From: Patescibacteria group bacterium
Lineage (GTDB): Bacteria > Patescibacteriota > Patescibacteriia > UBA9934
DNA length: 64,000 nt
Direction of reading: 5' to 3'
Assembly: GCA_049296775.1 (NCBI GenBank)
Contig: JBAQTB010000001.1
Span: 160,992-224,991 of the forward strand
Each line of letters opens with the position of its first letter. Position 1 is the first letter of the stretch. The notes under the pieces are model-generated. The model did not search any database, was not told the DNA's origin, and worked only from the letters and a program-made list of their open reading frames with translations. The translations under genes and the position numbers were made by a program. This document shows positions 19,566 to 28,287 of this stretch, one piece after another.

Positions 19566-20567
19566 TTGCTTATGCCTCTAGTTAAAGCCGCAAAATTGTC
19601 AGCCAAAGTCTTCCGCAAAGACATTCCTCAATTGCCTACCCGCAATGGCTTTGGTGATGGCTTGGTTTTAGCTGGAGAGCAAGACAAACGTGTCATGGTG
19701 CTGTGCGCCGACCTGACCGAATCAACCAGAACACAAGCCTTTAAGGAGGCCTTTCCCGAGAGATTCGTACAGTTCGGCGTCAGCGAGCAATCCTTAGCCG
19801 CCATTGCTGCCGGTATGGCGCTAGCGGGTAAAGTGCCGTTTATCGCTAGCTACGCTTGCTTTTCACCTGGAAGAAACTGGGAGCAACTCAGAACTACGGC
19901 CTGCCTACAGAATGTAAACGTGAAAATTGCCGGTGCGCACTCCGGCGTGTCCGTGGGCCCAGATGGCGCGACCCACCAAATGGTGGAAGACATTGCGATC
20001 ATGCGGGTCTTGCCAAATATGATCGTACTCGTGCCCGGCGATGCCATTGAGACCAGAAAAGCGGTACTCGCGGCAATAGACCATGAAGGCCCGGTATACA
20101 TTAGATTCGCACGTGAAAAAACACCGGTTTTCACCACGGACAAAACCCCCTTCGCTATCGGTAAAGCCCAGATTCTGCATGCCGGCAATGACGTGGCGAT
20201 CATTGCTTGTGGACCGCTCGTGTATGAAGCTCTGCTCGCCGCCAAGGAACTAGACAAGCACGGCATCAGCGCCAAAGTCATCAGCTCCCCCAGCGTCAAG
20301 CCGCTAGATGAATCTACAATCATCGCCGCCGCCAAACAATGCGGCGCGGTGGTGACTGTAGAAGAAGCTCAGTCCGCTGCCGGACTAGGTGGCGCCGTGT
20401 GTGAACTTTTGAGCGGTACCTACCCCGTGCCTGTTGAACGTGTCGGTTTGGAGGATGAATTTGGACAATCCGGCACCCCGGACGAGCTTTTAGAACATTA
20501 CAAACTCACCGCACCCTGGATTGTTAAAGCCGCCAAACGCGCGATTAAACGCAAGCTCAAAAAATAG
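19566..20567 (+). CDS. transketolase, C-terminal (pyrimidine-binding) subunit
   Basis: FVQFGVSEQSLAAIAAGMALAGKVPFIASYACF; split-transketolase C subunit. Confidence 0.85.
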   Translation: MLMPLVKAAKLSAKVFRKDIPQLPTRNGFGDGLVLAGEQDKRVMVLCADLTESTRTQAFKEAFPERFVQFGVSEQSLAAIAAGMALAGKVPFIASYACFSPGRNWEQLRTTACLQNVNVKIAGAHSGVSVGPDGATHQMVEDIAIMRVLPNMIVLVPGDAIETRKAVLAAIDHEGPVYIRFAREKTPVFTTDKTPFAIGKAQILHAGNDVAIIACGPLVYEALLAAKELDKHGISAKVISSPSVKPLDESTIIAAAKQCGAVVTVEEAQSAAGLGGAVCELLSGTYPVPVERVGLEDEFGQSGTPDELLEHYKLTAPWIVKAAKRAIKRKLKK

Positions 20568-20617
20568 TTAGGCCAAAAACTAGCTTTTGTCAGCCAAATA
20601 AGGTAAGCTGCCTCAAT

Positions 20618-21319
20618 ATGGATCTTATCCGCATTAATAAATATTTGGCAGATCGCGGGGTGTGTTCACGCCGTGAAGCTGATAAACTCATCGCGGATGG
20701 CAAAGTGCTAGTGAATGACGTGCCGGCTACGGTTGGACAGCGCGTGACTGGTGCTGAAAATATTGTTGTGGATGGTAAGTTTCTAGATGCCGTCAAACCA
20801 ACCCGAGTTTACGTGCTGTACAACAAGCCCGTTGGCGTTATTTGTTCCACTGACCCAAAGGCTACGGACAATATCGTAGAGGCTGTGGGCTACCCGGAGC
20901 GTATTTTCAATATCGGTAGACTCGATGTGGCTTCATCTGGGCTAATTATGCTCACCAATGACGGCGATATCGTGAATAAAATTTTACGTGCGGAAGGTAA
21001 GCATGAAAAAGAGTACGTGGTCAGCGTGGACAGAAAAATTACTCCGGACTTCTTGGATAACATGCGTAAAGGCGTGTTGATTGATGACGAAAAAACTTTA
21101 CCGGCTAGAATTGAGCAATTATCGGAGTTTACTTTTAGAATCATCTTGGTAGAAGGCCGGAATCGACAAATCAGAAAAATGTGTGAAACGCTCGGCTTCA
21201 CCGTGCAGTCCCTCAAGCGTGTGCGCATTATGCATCTTGAAATTGGCGGGCTTAAAACTGGTGAATGGCGCCATTTAACCGCCGGAGAAGAGGCTGAACT
21301 CATGGCCGCGATTAGCTAA
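20618..21319 (+). CDS. rRNA pseudouridine synthase, RsuA/RluB family (S4 + PseudoU_synth_2)
   Basis: S4 domain INKYLADRGVCSRREADKLI; catalytic region GRLDVASSGL. Confidence 0.8.
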   Translation: MDLIRINKYLADRGVCSRREADKLIADGKVLVNDVPATVGQRVTGAENIVVDGKFLDAVKPTRVYVLYNKPVGVICSTDPKATDNIVEAVGYPERIFNIGRLDVASSGLIMLTNDGDIVNKILRAEGKHEKEYVVSVDRKITPDFLDNMRKGVLIDDEKTLPARIEQLSEFTFRIILVEGRNRQIRKMCETLGFTVQSLKRVRIMHLEIGGLKTGEWRHLTAGEEAELMAAIS

Positions 21320-21322
21320 ACT

Positions 21323-21862
21323 ATGTCCGTGATCCTGTGGGTACTTTTTCTCTTGATCATCACCTCCGCGGCGGTGGCTGGAATGTCAGCGGCGCCATGG
21401 CTGCCCACCCTACCAAGCCAACGCAAACATTTGCTGAACAATTTACAGCTACAGCCGGAAGATAAAGTGGTTGATCTCGGCTGTGGCGATGGCTCCATGC
21501 TCTTTGCAGTCGCCAGACTGTATCCAGACACGGTCTGCGTGGGTTACGATATTTCCTTATTGCCTCTAATGCTCGGCTGGAGCAGAAAGCTCATCTTTTT
21601 CAGAGCTTACAAAAATGTCCATATTAACTTTGGCAACTTGTTCAAGCAAGATGTACGTGAATTTAACGTCATCTTTGTGTTTCTATTGTCTAAATGCTAC
21701 CCCAAACTAATCGCCAGTCTAAGTACGCAAGTAGCACCAACGACTAAAATCATTGTTGAAGCTTGGCCCTTGCCCCAGTTGCAACCCCAAGAGATTCTAA
21801 CCGCAGAAAAACTGCTACCGGTGTACATTTATTCAGGTCATGACTTACAAGTAAAGCGCTAG
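21323..21862 (+). CDS. class I SAM-dependent methyltransferase (small)
   Basis: Motif I VVDLGCGDGSM. Confidence 0.5.
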   Translation: MSVILWVLFLLIITSAAVAGMSAAPWLPTLPSQRKHLLNNLQLQPEDKVVDLGCGDGSMLFAVARLYPDTVCVGYDISLLPLMLGWSRKLIFFRAYKNVHINFGNLFKQDVREFNVIFVFLLSKCYPKLIASLSTQVAPTTKIIVEAWPLPQLQPQEILTAEKLLPVYIYSGHDLQVKR

Positions 21863-21917
21863 CAAGGTAGACTACAATTAGCTAGGGTTATTTATTCGAC
21901 CTGGTTTAAGCCTGCTT

Positions 21918-22892
21918 ATGTTAGACCTGCTCGCCGTTGGTGCGATTAAACTGGATACATTCATCGTCTTACCGGAGGCCAGCGTGGCCTGCGAGCTCAA
22001 AACTGCCGAATGTAAGCTGTGTATTGAATACGGCAAAAAGATCCCCGTCGCTGGTTTTGCTACGCAGATTGCCGGCAGCGCCCCAAACATTGCCGTTGCA
22101 CTAGCCAAAATGAACTTGAAAACGAGCGTGTCGAGCTTCATGGGTGATGATCCAGTGTATTACCAGGCCATGGCTTTTTTAAAACAATACAAAGTTTCAA
22201 CTAATTTAGTTAAGAAACTGAAAGGCTTTAGATCCAGTGCGGCGGTAGTGTTAAATTTCAAAGGTGAATCAACACAACTAGTTGATCACGTGCCGCATGA
22301 ATATCGTCTTCCTGCCAGCATACCAGCGACTAAATTTATTCATATTTCAGAGTTAGGTGGCGGCTACGAGCAGCTGTACCGTGACGCTATCAAATTAGTT
22401 AACAAAAAAGCAGTTAGACTTAGCTTCAATCCGGGCGCTATCCAAATTAAAGAACAGAAACCGGCTTTCTTTGAGCTCCTCGCAGTGACCGAAGTGCTAT
22501 TTTTGAACATGATAGAAGCTAGACAAGTCGCCAAGACAGAGAATGGAGAAGAGATTTTAGCCATCATGCTTAAACTCAAAGCTCTTGGCCCGCATTACGT
22601 GGTGGTGACTGACGGACAAAATGGCGCTTACGCCTTTGACGGCGAACAGCTAGACCACGTACCTATGTTCCCAGGCAAACGTGTAGAAGCCACCGGCGCC
22701 GGTGATTCTTTTGCGGCTGGCTTTATTGGAGCCTTACTCAAAAAACATGATCACGCGGAGGCGCTCCGGTGGGCCTCCGTCAACGCCGCCTCGGTCGTCG
22801 GACAAGTTGGTCCAACCGCAGGCTTGCTTACGCATACACAGATTCAAGCCAAACTCAAAGCCAAAAAATCCTTTAAAGCTAAGCAAGTTTAG
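21918..22892 (+). CDS. PfkB-family carbohydrate kinase
   Basis: Ribokinase-like fold; C-terminal GAGDSFAAGFIGALL. Confidence 0.75.
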   Translation: MLDLLAVGAIKLDTFIVLPEASVACELKTAECKLCIEYGKKIPVAGFATQIAGSAPNIAVALAKMNLKTSVSSFMGDDPVYYQAMAFLKQYKVSTNLVKKLKGFRSSAAVVLNFKGESTQLVDHVPHEYRLPASIPATKFIHISELGGGYEQLYRDAIKLVNKKAVRLSFNPGAIQIKEQKPAFFELLAVTEVLFLNMIEARQVAKTENGEEILAIMLKLKALGPHYVVVTDGQNGAYAFDGEQLDHVPMFPGKRVEATGAGDSFAAGFIGALLKKHDHAEALRWASVNAASVVGQVGPTAGLLTHTQIQAKLKAKKSFKAKQV

Positions 22893-22893
22893 T

Positions 22894-23733
22894 ATGCATT
22901 ATCCCTTGTTTGTTCTGCCCTTTGACCACAGAAACGGTTTAGCGAAAGATATTTTACATACCACCTACCCTTTTTCTGAAGCTGACCTGGTGACAGCTAA
23001 AGACATGAAGAAACTAGTCTTTGAAGCCATTCTGAAAGCCAAAGACAGTTACACCGGCCCCGGATCGTTAGGTTGCTTATTTGATGAAGAAACGGCTTTA
23101 GATGTGATCCATGAAGCGCAACGCGTTGGGTTACCGGTCACAGTCTCCATGGAAAAAAGTGGTACCAAGACCTTAGAGTTCATCCACGGCGAACAGTTTG
23201 GTGACGCCTTAAACGCTATTCGCCCAACTTTTGGCAAAATTTTAGTACATTATCAACCTGGCCAGGAAGCTGAAAACGCTGAACAACGTGCCCTGATCAA
23301 AACTGCCTCTGACTGGTGCGAAACCAACGGCGTGCCGCTCATGCTCGAAATTTTACTAGATAAGCCAGATGGTCATACCCCAGATGACCTCATCAAAGTC
23401 TTCACTGAATTACACGCGGCCCAGATCAAGGTTGGCGTGTGGAAGATCGAAGGTTTTGATAAACCAGAAGAATGGCAGAAATTAGCACCCGCCGCCCAAG
23501 CACCAATGATCATTTTGGGCCGCGGGCAAAATGAGACGGCCGTCATGACCTGGATTGAAGCTGCTGCCAAAAGTGGCGTGGTGGACGGTTTTGCTATTGG
23601 CCGCACCATCTTCCAGGATGCCCTCATGAGCTACCACGAAAGCGTGATTTCACGGTCTGAAGCGATTGAAAAAATCGCCAATAATTATTTGAAGTTCATT
23701 CAGCTTTGGGAAACTCATCAACTCAAAAAATAA
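22894..23733 (+). CDS. DUF2090 / LacD-like class I aldolase-fold protein
   Basis: Starts MHYPLFVLPFDHRNG (track ORF extended upstream into the kinase); TIM-barrel-like; resembles the C-terminal domain fused to IolC-type kinases. Confidence 0.45.
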   Translation: MHYPLFVLPFDHRNGLAKDILHTTYPFSEADLVTAKDMKKLVFEAILKAKDSYTGPGSLGCLFDEETALDVIHEAQRVGLPVTVSMEKSGTKTLEFIHGEQFGDALNAIRPTFGKILVHYQPGQEAENAEQRALIKTASDWCETNGVPLMLEILLDKPDGHTPDDLIKVFTELHAAQIKVGVWKIEGFDKPEEWQKLAPAAQAPMIILGRGQNETAVMTWIEAAAKSGVVDGFAIGRTIFQDALMSYHESVISRSEAIEKIANNYLKFIQLWETHQLKK

Positions 23734-23737
23734 GTGT

Positions 23738-24712
23738 ATGTTTGATATTATCAGCATCGGCGCGGCCACTCGGGATGTCTTTCTTATCTCAAGAGAATTC
23801 CAAATCATCAACTCCCCCAAATTTGTGGGCGGACAGGGAGAGTGCGTGGCCTTGGGCGGCAAGATTGATGTTGATGAAATTTATTTTGCGACCGGCGGGG
23901 GTGCCACCAATGCCGCCGCCACTTTTGCTAACCTAGGCTTTAAGAGCTCAGTCATCGCTAAAATCGGCAAAGATGAGCCTGGAGCAGCTATTCTGGCCGA
24001 TCTAACGCATTACAAAGTCGACACCAGCTTGTTGCAGATCGCTAACAAGGAGACCTCGGCTTACAGTACTTTGCTCACCACTAAATCTGGTGAACGCTCG
24101 GTCTTAGTCCACCGGGGTGCCTCCGCGACCTTTGTATCTAAAGACATTCCATGGAAGAAGCTAAACGCTAAATGGCTGTATATCACTTCACTAGCAGGTA
24201 ACTTGGACGTGTTAGAAAAACTCGTGGCCGCCGCCCACAAACAGGGGCTAAAGATCGCCCTCAACCCAGGCAAAGGTGAATTAAAACAGCCTGCTAAAGT
24301 CCGGGAACTGCTCCCTCACTTAGATGTACTATTAGTTAATCTAGAAGAGGCTCAGGCTTTAGCCGAATCAACCGAAAAAGATGGCGCCGCACTCACCAAA
24401 CTCTTAGCTCAACCCCAACTCTGCGTGATTGTCACCAACGGCTCTAAAGGAGCGCACGCTCATGCCGCGCATGACACTTGGTTTATTCGTACGAGTGGCA
24501 AGAAATCGATTTCAAGGACTGGGGCTGGTGATGCTTTTGGCTCAGGAGTGGTAGCCGGACTCATGAAAGATCTGAGTCTAGACAACGCTTTGCGCGTAGG
24601 CACATTGAACGCGGAAAGTGTCATTCAAAAATTTGGTGCTAAGGCTGGTATACTAACCAAGTGGCCGAGCAAACAACAACTAGCAACCATCAGTGTTAAG
24701 CTAGTCAAATAG
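23738..24712 (+). CDS. PfkB-family carbohydrate kinase (second copy)
   Basis: GATNAAA; GAGDAFGSGVVAGL. Confidence 0.75.
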   Translation: MFDIISIGAATRDVFLISREFQIINSPKFVGGQGECVALGGKIDVDEIYFATGGGATNAAATFANLGFKSSVIAKIGKDEPGAAILADLTHYKVDTSLLQIANKETSAYSTLLTTKSGERSVLVHRGASATFVSKDIPWKKLNAKWLYITSLAGNLDVLEKLVAAAHKQGLKIALNPGKGELKQPAKVRELLPHLDVLLVNLEEAQALAESTEKDGAALTKLLAQPQLCVIVTNGSKGAHAHAAHDTWFIRTSGKKSISRTGAGDAFGSGVVAGLMKDLSLDNALRVGTLNAESVIQKFGAKAGILTKWPSKQQLATISVKLVK

Positions 24713-24732
24713 TTGCGGCGGCCAGGAGGCCT

Positions 24733-25419
24733 ATGCAGAGCAAGTACGCCTATTTTTTTGCACTCATGAGCGGTGCTTTGGCACTAATTTTTGTCATTGG
24801 CGTCAACTTTTACGTCCAACTCGTTAAACTCTCCACGCCTTATATTGGCACTTATCAATTCAACATCAGAAAAAAGAACCCGGATAAAATTCCCAATTTC
24901 ATCACGGTCACCGAAGGCGATGAACTCAACATTTTTGAAACGGATGATGAAGGCAACTCTATCCAACTGATTTACTCTTCAAACACCAAAGATCAAATTG
25001 CCGATTTTAATCTGTTTGCAGTGCCACAAGTAAATTTTAATCAGGTTATTTACCTAGAGACTCAGCAAGACCAAGCCGGATCAATGCTAATTGTCTACCC
25101 TTTGAACTTAAGTACCGGCAGCCTAAGCGCTGCCACCCTCAACGTACCAAGTCATAGCGCCGCCGTCTCATTAGACCAAACGCGGGTAGCCGTCATTAAC
25201 AACACCGGCACCACCGCTATCTCAGCTTACGAGATCAGCACCGGTCAATTACTGGCCAGTTGGACGTTAGCTAACAACGAACGCTTTACAGAAACTTACA
25301 GTAGCAAATATACGGGCATTGGCGCGGTCTGGGTCAATCAAAACTGTTTCGAGCATCCGGTCTGGCTGAACGCCCTCATGGAAATGCGCACGTTCTGTGT
25401 CGCCGCACCAACTCCTTAA
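24733..25419 (+). CDS. membrane-anchored hypothetical protein
   Basis: N-terminal TM helix; no family. Confidence 0.4.
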   Translation: MQSKYAYFFALMSGALALIFVIGVNFYVQLVKLSTPYIGTYQFNIRKKNPDKIPNFITVTEGDELNIFETDDEGNSIQLIYSSNTKDQIADFNLFAVPQVNFNQVIYLETQQDQAGSMLIVYPLNLSTGSLSAATLNVPSHSAAVSLDQTRVAVINNTGTTAISAYEISTGQLLASWTLANNERFTETYSSKYTGIGAVWVNQNCFEHPVWLNALMEMRTFCVAAPTP

Positions 25420-25427
25420 CCTACCTT

Positions 25428-25613
25428 ATGGAAACTAGTCACAAATTTCATATCTGGATCATTTTGCTCCTAGGTTGGAACGCAATTTTACTCATCCTTA
25501 TCATGGCACTCTTGTACTTTAGACCGACACCGGACTTAAATTCGGCGGGCCTAGCGACTGTGTGCGCCAATGCCGTGCAGGCGACACTTGAGGATGCTTG
25601 TGTTAACTTATAA
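25428..25613 (+). CDS. small hydrophobic protein (uncertain)
   Basis: 61 aa, one TM helix. Confidence 0.25.
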   Translation: METSHKFHIWIILLLGWNAILLILIMALLYFRPTPDLNSAGLATVCANAVQATLEDACVNL

Positions 25614-25615
25614 AT

Positions 25616-26338
25616 ATGGATAACTCTCCCCTGCCCGGCACCAACAGCAAACACGTAGTCATGATCGCGATGCTCTTTGGGGTGTTACTTCTCACTCTAG
25701 CTGCAGTCGCCATGATCGTGACGAATAAACAGGCCCAACCGTCTGAGGCTAGTTATGCCTTGGCCTGTAAAGCTGAGGTTGAAAATGCCGTCCTGGATGC
25801 CACCCGGGAAATCGCCAGAACCTGTACGGTCAAAAGTCCAGAAACCCTAGTCCAAGTACCTGCACAGGAGAACACGCTTGGTTTTGCTTACCCGCGCGGC
25901 TGGTCAGCGCAAACTGTACGTCGCCCCTTCGGTCCACAATCATGGACGGCCCAAGTAGTTCCCGGGTATTTTGCTGGTTGCGAAGAATGTGACGGGCCAG
26001 CCATAGATGTAACCATGACAGTTGGCAATTTATCCCTCACAGAAGCGGCTCCAGCCCCAAGCTTAAATGACTTCTTGATTTCTGAATACGCCGACGGCAA
26101 CATTTATACCAATATCGTCATTGATACGGCTGAGGCTAACAATCACAAATACACCGTTACTGGCAGAATGGACGGTTTATTTACCGCGCCATTTGAAGCT
26201 ATTTATTACGGCTCAACCAACAATCCCAATACTTGGGCCAGAATTGTCTTTATTGATCTCGACCTGAACGAAACCGTCAGCAATGACGGCTGGGCGCAAA
26301 TCAAAGCCTCAATCGATACCTCAAAACTGTCTTTATAA
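25616..26338 (+). CDS. membrane-anchored hypothetical protein
   Basis: N-terminal TM helix; no family. Confidence 0.4.
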   Translation: MDNSPLPGTNSKHVVMIAMLFGVLLLTLAAVAMIVTNKQAQPSEASYALACKAEVENAVLDATREIARTCTVKSPETLVQVPAQENTLGFAYPRGWSAQTVRRPFGPQSWTAQVVPGYFAGCEECDGPAIDVTMTVGNLSLTEAAPAPSLNDFLISEYADGNIYTNIVIDTAEANNHKYTVTGRMDGLFTAPFEAIYYGSTNNPNTWARIVFIDLDLNETVSNDGWAQIKASIDTSKLSL

Positions 26339-26404
26339 ATCGATGCCTGCTCTCCTTGGGCTCGAGCGGTGTACAATACAGGGCATAATGCTCTGTATTG
26401 TTTT

Positions 26405-27391
26405 ATGGTGAAAATTTTCGTGACCAGGCTCATTCCAGATCAAGGCCTCAAACTACTCAAGGCCAAGAAAAGCCATCAGGTCAGCATCTATCCCAAAGAT
26501 CAGGCCATAACCAAGGCGGAGTTGAAGAAAAGCGTTAAAGGCATAGATATCCTGTTGCCGCTCCTCACAGATAAAATCGATGCTGAAATCATGGACGCGG
26601 CTGGTCCCAGCTTAAAAATGATCGCTAATTACGCGGTAGGTTTTGACAATATCGATCTCAAGGCCGCCAAAGAACGCGGCATCATGGTCACCAACGCGGC
26701 CGCACCCGAAGTCTCAGAATCAGTGGCCGAGCATGCCATTGCCATGATCTTTGGCTTAGCCCATAGGCTCGTAGAAACCGATACTTGGACCAGACAAGGC
26801 AAATACAAGGGTTGGGGGCCACAAAGCTTCTTAGGGCAAGACGTGTCCGGCAAAACTTTAGGGTTAATTGGGGCTGGCGCCATTGGCTCCGCACTCGCCA
26901 GACGCATGCATGACGGCTTCAACGTCAAAATTGTCTACACGGATTTACGCAAGAATCCGGTCTTAGACGCCCTGGGTGCCAAGTTCATGAAGCAAGACCA
27001 GCTCCTCAAACAAGCTGATTTTGTGAGTTTGCATGTGCCGCTCCTCCCGTCTACCCACCACCTGATCTCCACCAAAGAGTTGAAGCTCATGAAAAATTCG
27101 GCTATCTTGATCAACACTTCCAGAGGCCCGGTAGTTGATGAATTAGCGCTAGTCAAAGCCCTCAGCCAAGGCCAAATTGCGGGTGCAGGGTTAGATGTTT
27201 ACGAATGCGAACCGTTGATCGACTGCCAACCAAACGATATCTTTGAGCTTAGAAAGCTACCCAACGTAATTCTCACTCCACACACAGCCAGCGCGACCAT
27301 TGAAGCCAGACAAGCTATGAGCAGAACCGCCGCTAACAATATCCTAGCCTTCTTGGCCGGCAAACAACCTCCAAACGCCGTAAAAGCCTAA
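26405..27391 (+). CDS. D-isomer-specific 2-hydroxyacid dehydrogenase (glyoxylate/hydroxypyruvate reductase-like)
   Basis: NAD-binding GLIGAGAIGSALARR; catalytic-domain motifs; start at MVKIFVTR. Confidence 0.8.
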   Translation: MVKIFVTRLIPDQGLKLLKAKKSHQVSIYPKDQAITKAELKKSVKGIDILLPLLTDKIDAEIMDAAGPSLKMIANYAVGFDNIDLKAAKERGIMVTNAAAPEVSESVAEHAIAMIFGLAHRLVETDTWTRQGKYKGWGPQSFLGQDVSGKTLGLIGAGAIGSALARRMHDGFNVKIVYTDLRKNPVLDALGAKFMKQDQLLKQADFVSLHVPLLPSTHHLISTKELKLMKNSAILINTSRGPVVDELALVKALSQGQIAGAGLDVYECEPLIDCQPNDIFELRKLPNVILTPHTASATIEARQAMSRTAANNILAFLAGKQPPNAVKA

Positions 27392-27393
27392 CT

Positions 27394-28080
27394 ATGCCAA
27401 AACTCAACCAGCCAACCGTCATCATCAGCATCGTCATCTGTGTGATCGTACTCATAGCTGGTGGTTTGTGGGCCAAAGCCAAGCAGGCACCGCAAGCTGA
27501 TACTCCCCCAGACGTTAGCGCCGAGCCTATAGTTGAACCTGAACCAATCACCACTTTTGGCTTTTTAATGCCTACCAACTGGGCCCACCTGGAAAAGGTC
27601 GAGAAAAATCTTCAGGAGCTCACACCCAATCAGGTCATACGTTTTGGCATTGTGTCAGACCCCTTTAATGCCGATATAGTGTATTTCACAGCTATTGCCC
27701 CGGACCCGGATAACGCCGACCGTATCCTGCTTAGTGTCTATCAGCAAAACACTGTCGACTATGCTTTTACCCGCTTGTATAAACGAGCTTTTGCTAAAGG
27801 TGACATTCGTGGCATCCAACCAGAAGCTACCTACGATTTCCACGCCATCGGTTATGACAAAGGTCAGCTCATCATCTTAGCCCAGGACAACACCGACGTG
27901 ATCACTCCCTGCACAGAAATTGTCACCCTGGGCTATGCTGGGAGTGATTTAGCCAGAGAAATATATAGCCTCAATCTCGCCGACCCGTATGCCCACGGCC
28001 TGGAGGCCTACCAAGTCCCCAAAGACATCTATACAGAGGCTCGTACCCAGGAACGCGAATGTCTAGACAACACCTTCTAG
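27394..28080 (+). CDS. membrane-anchored hypothetical protein
   Basis: N-terminal TM helix; no family. Confidence 0.4.
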   Translation: MPKLNQPTVIISIVICVIVLIAGGLWAKAKQAPQADTPPDVSAEPIVEPEPITTFGFLMPTNWAHLEKVEKNLQELTPNQVIRFGIVSDPFNADIVYFTAIAPDPDNADRILLSVYQQNTVDYAFTRLYKRAFAKGDIRGIQPEATYDFHAIGYDKGQLIILAQDNTDVITPCTEIVTLGYAGSDLAREIYSLNLADPYAHGLEAYQVPKDIYTEARTQERECLDNTF

Positions 28081-28100
28081 CCCCCACCCCCGCCTGAAAT

Positions 28101-28124
28101 ATAAAACGCCCCACGAATGGGGCG
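28101..28124. terminator. hairpin terminator between the 27394 gene and tRNA-Ala (probably bidirectional)
   Basis: CGCCCCA-cgaa-TGGGGCG stem-loop with a T/A run on the minus strand. Confidence 0.5.
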
Positions 28125-28129
28125 CTTTA

Positions 28130-28205
28130 TGGTGGACTGACGGGGACTCGAACCCCGGACCCTCTGCTTGCAAAGCAGATGCTCTACCAACTGAGCTATC
28201 AGCCC
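28130..28205 (-). tRNA. tRNA-Ala (anticodon TGC)
   Basis: Reverse complement GGGCTGATAGCTCAGTTGGTAGAGC..CTTTGCAAG..GGTTCGAGTCC..CCACCA; G3:U70 alanine identity pair; encoded CCA. Confidence 0.9.
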
Positions 28206-28287
28206 TAAGCGTCAGTAGAATACTGAATTTTCGATTTTTCCGCAAGTCCCTCGGGTATTCCATTGAAACACGGTACAATGGTCGGGT

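Noticed and set aside
22702-22893. Upstream extension of the DUF2090 ORF (track start 22702) overlapping the PfkB kinase
   Set aside because: The extension reads through the kinase C-terminus in another frame; MHYPLF at 22894 follows the kinase stop directly.
28206-28287. Sigma70 promoter for the 861-aa gene (TTGAAA ... TACAAT)
   Set aside because: The spacer is only ~6 nt; TACAAT at ~28270 may be a -10 but no acceptable -35 is visible.
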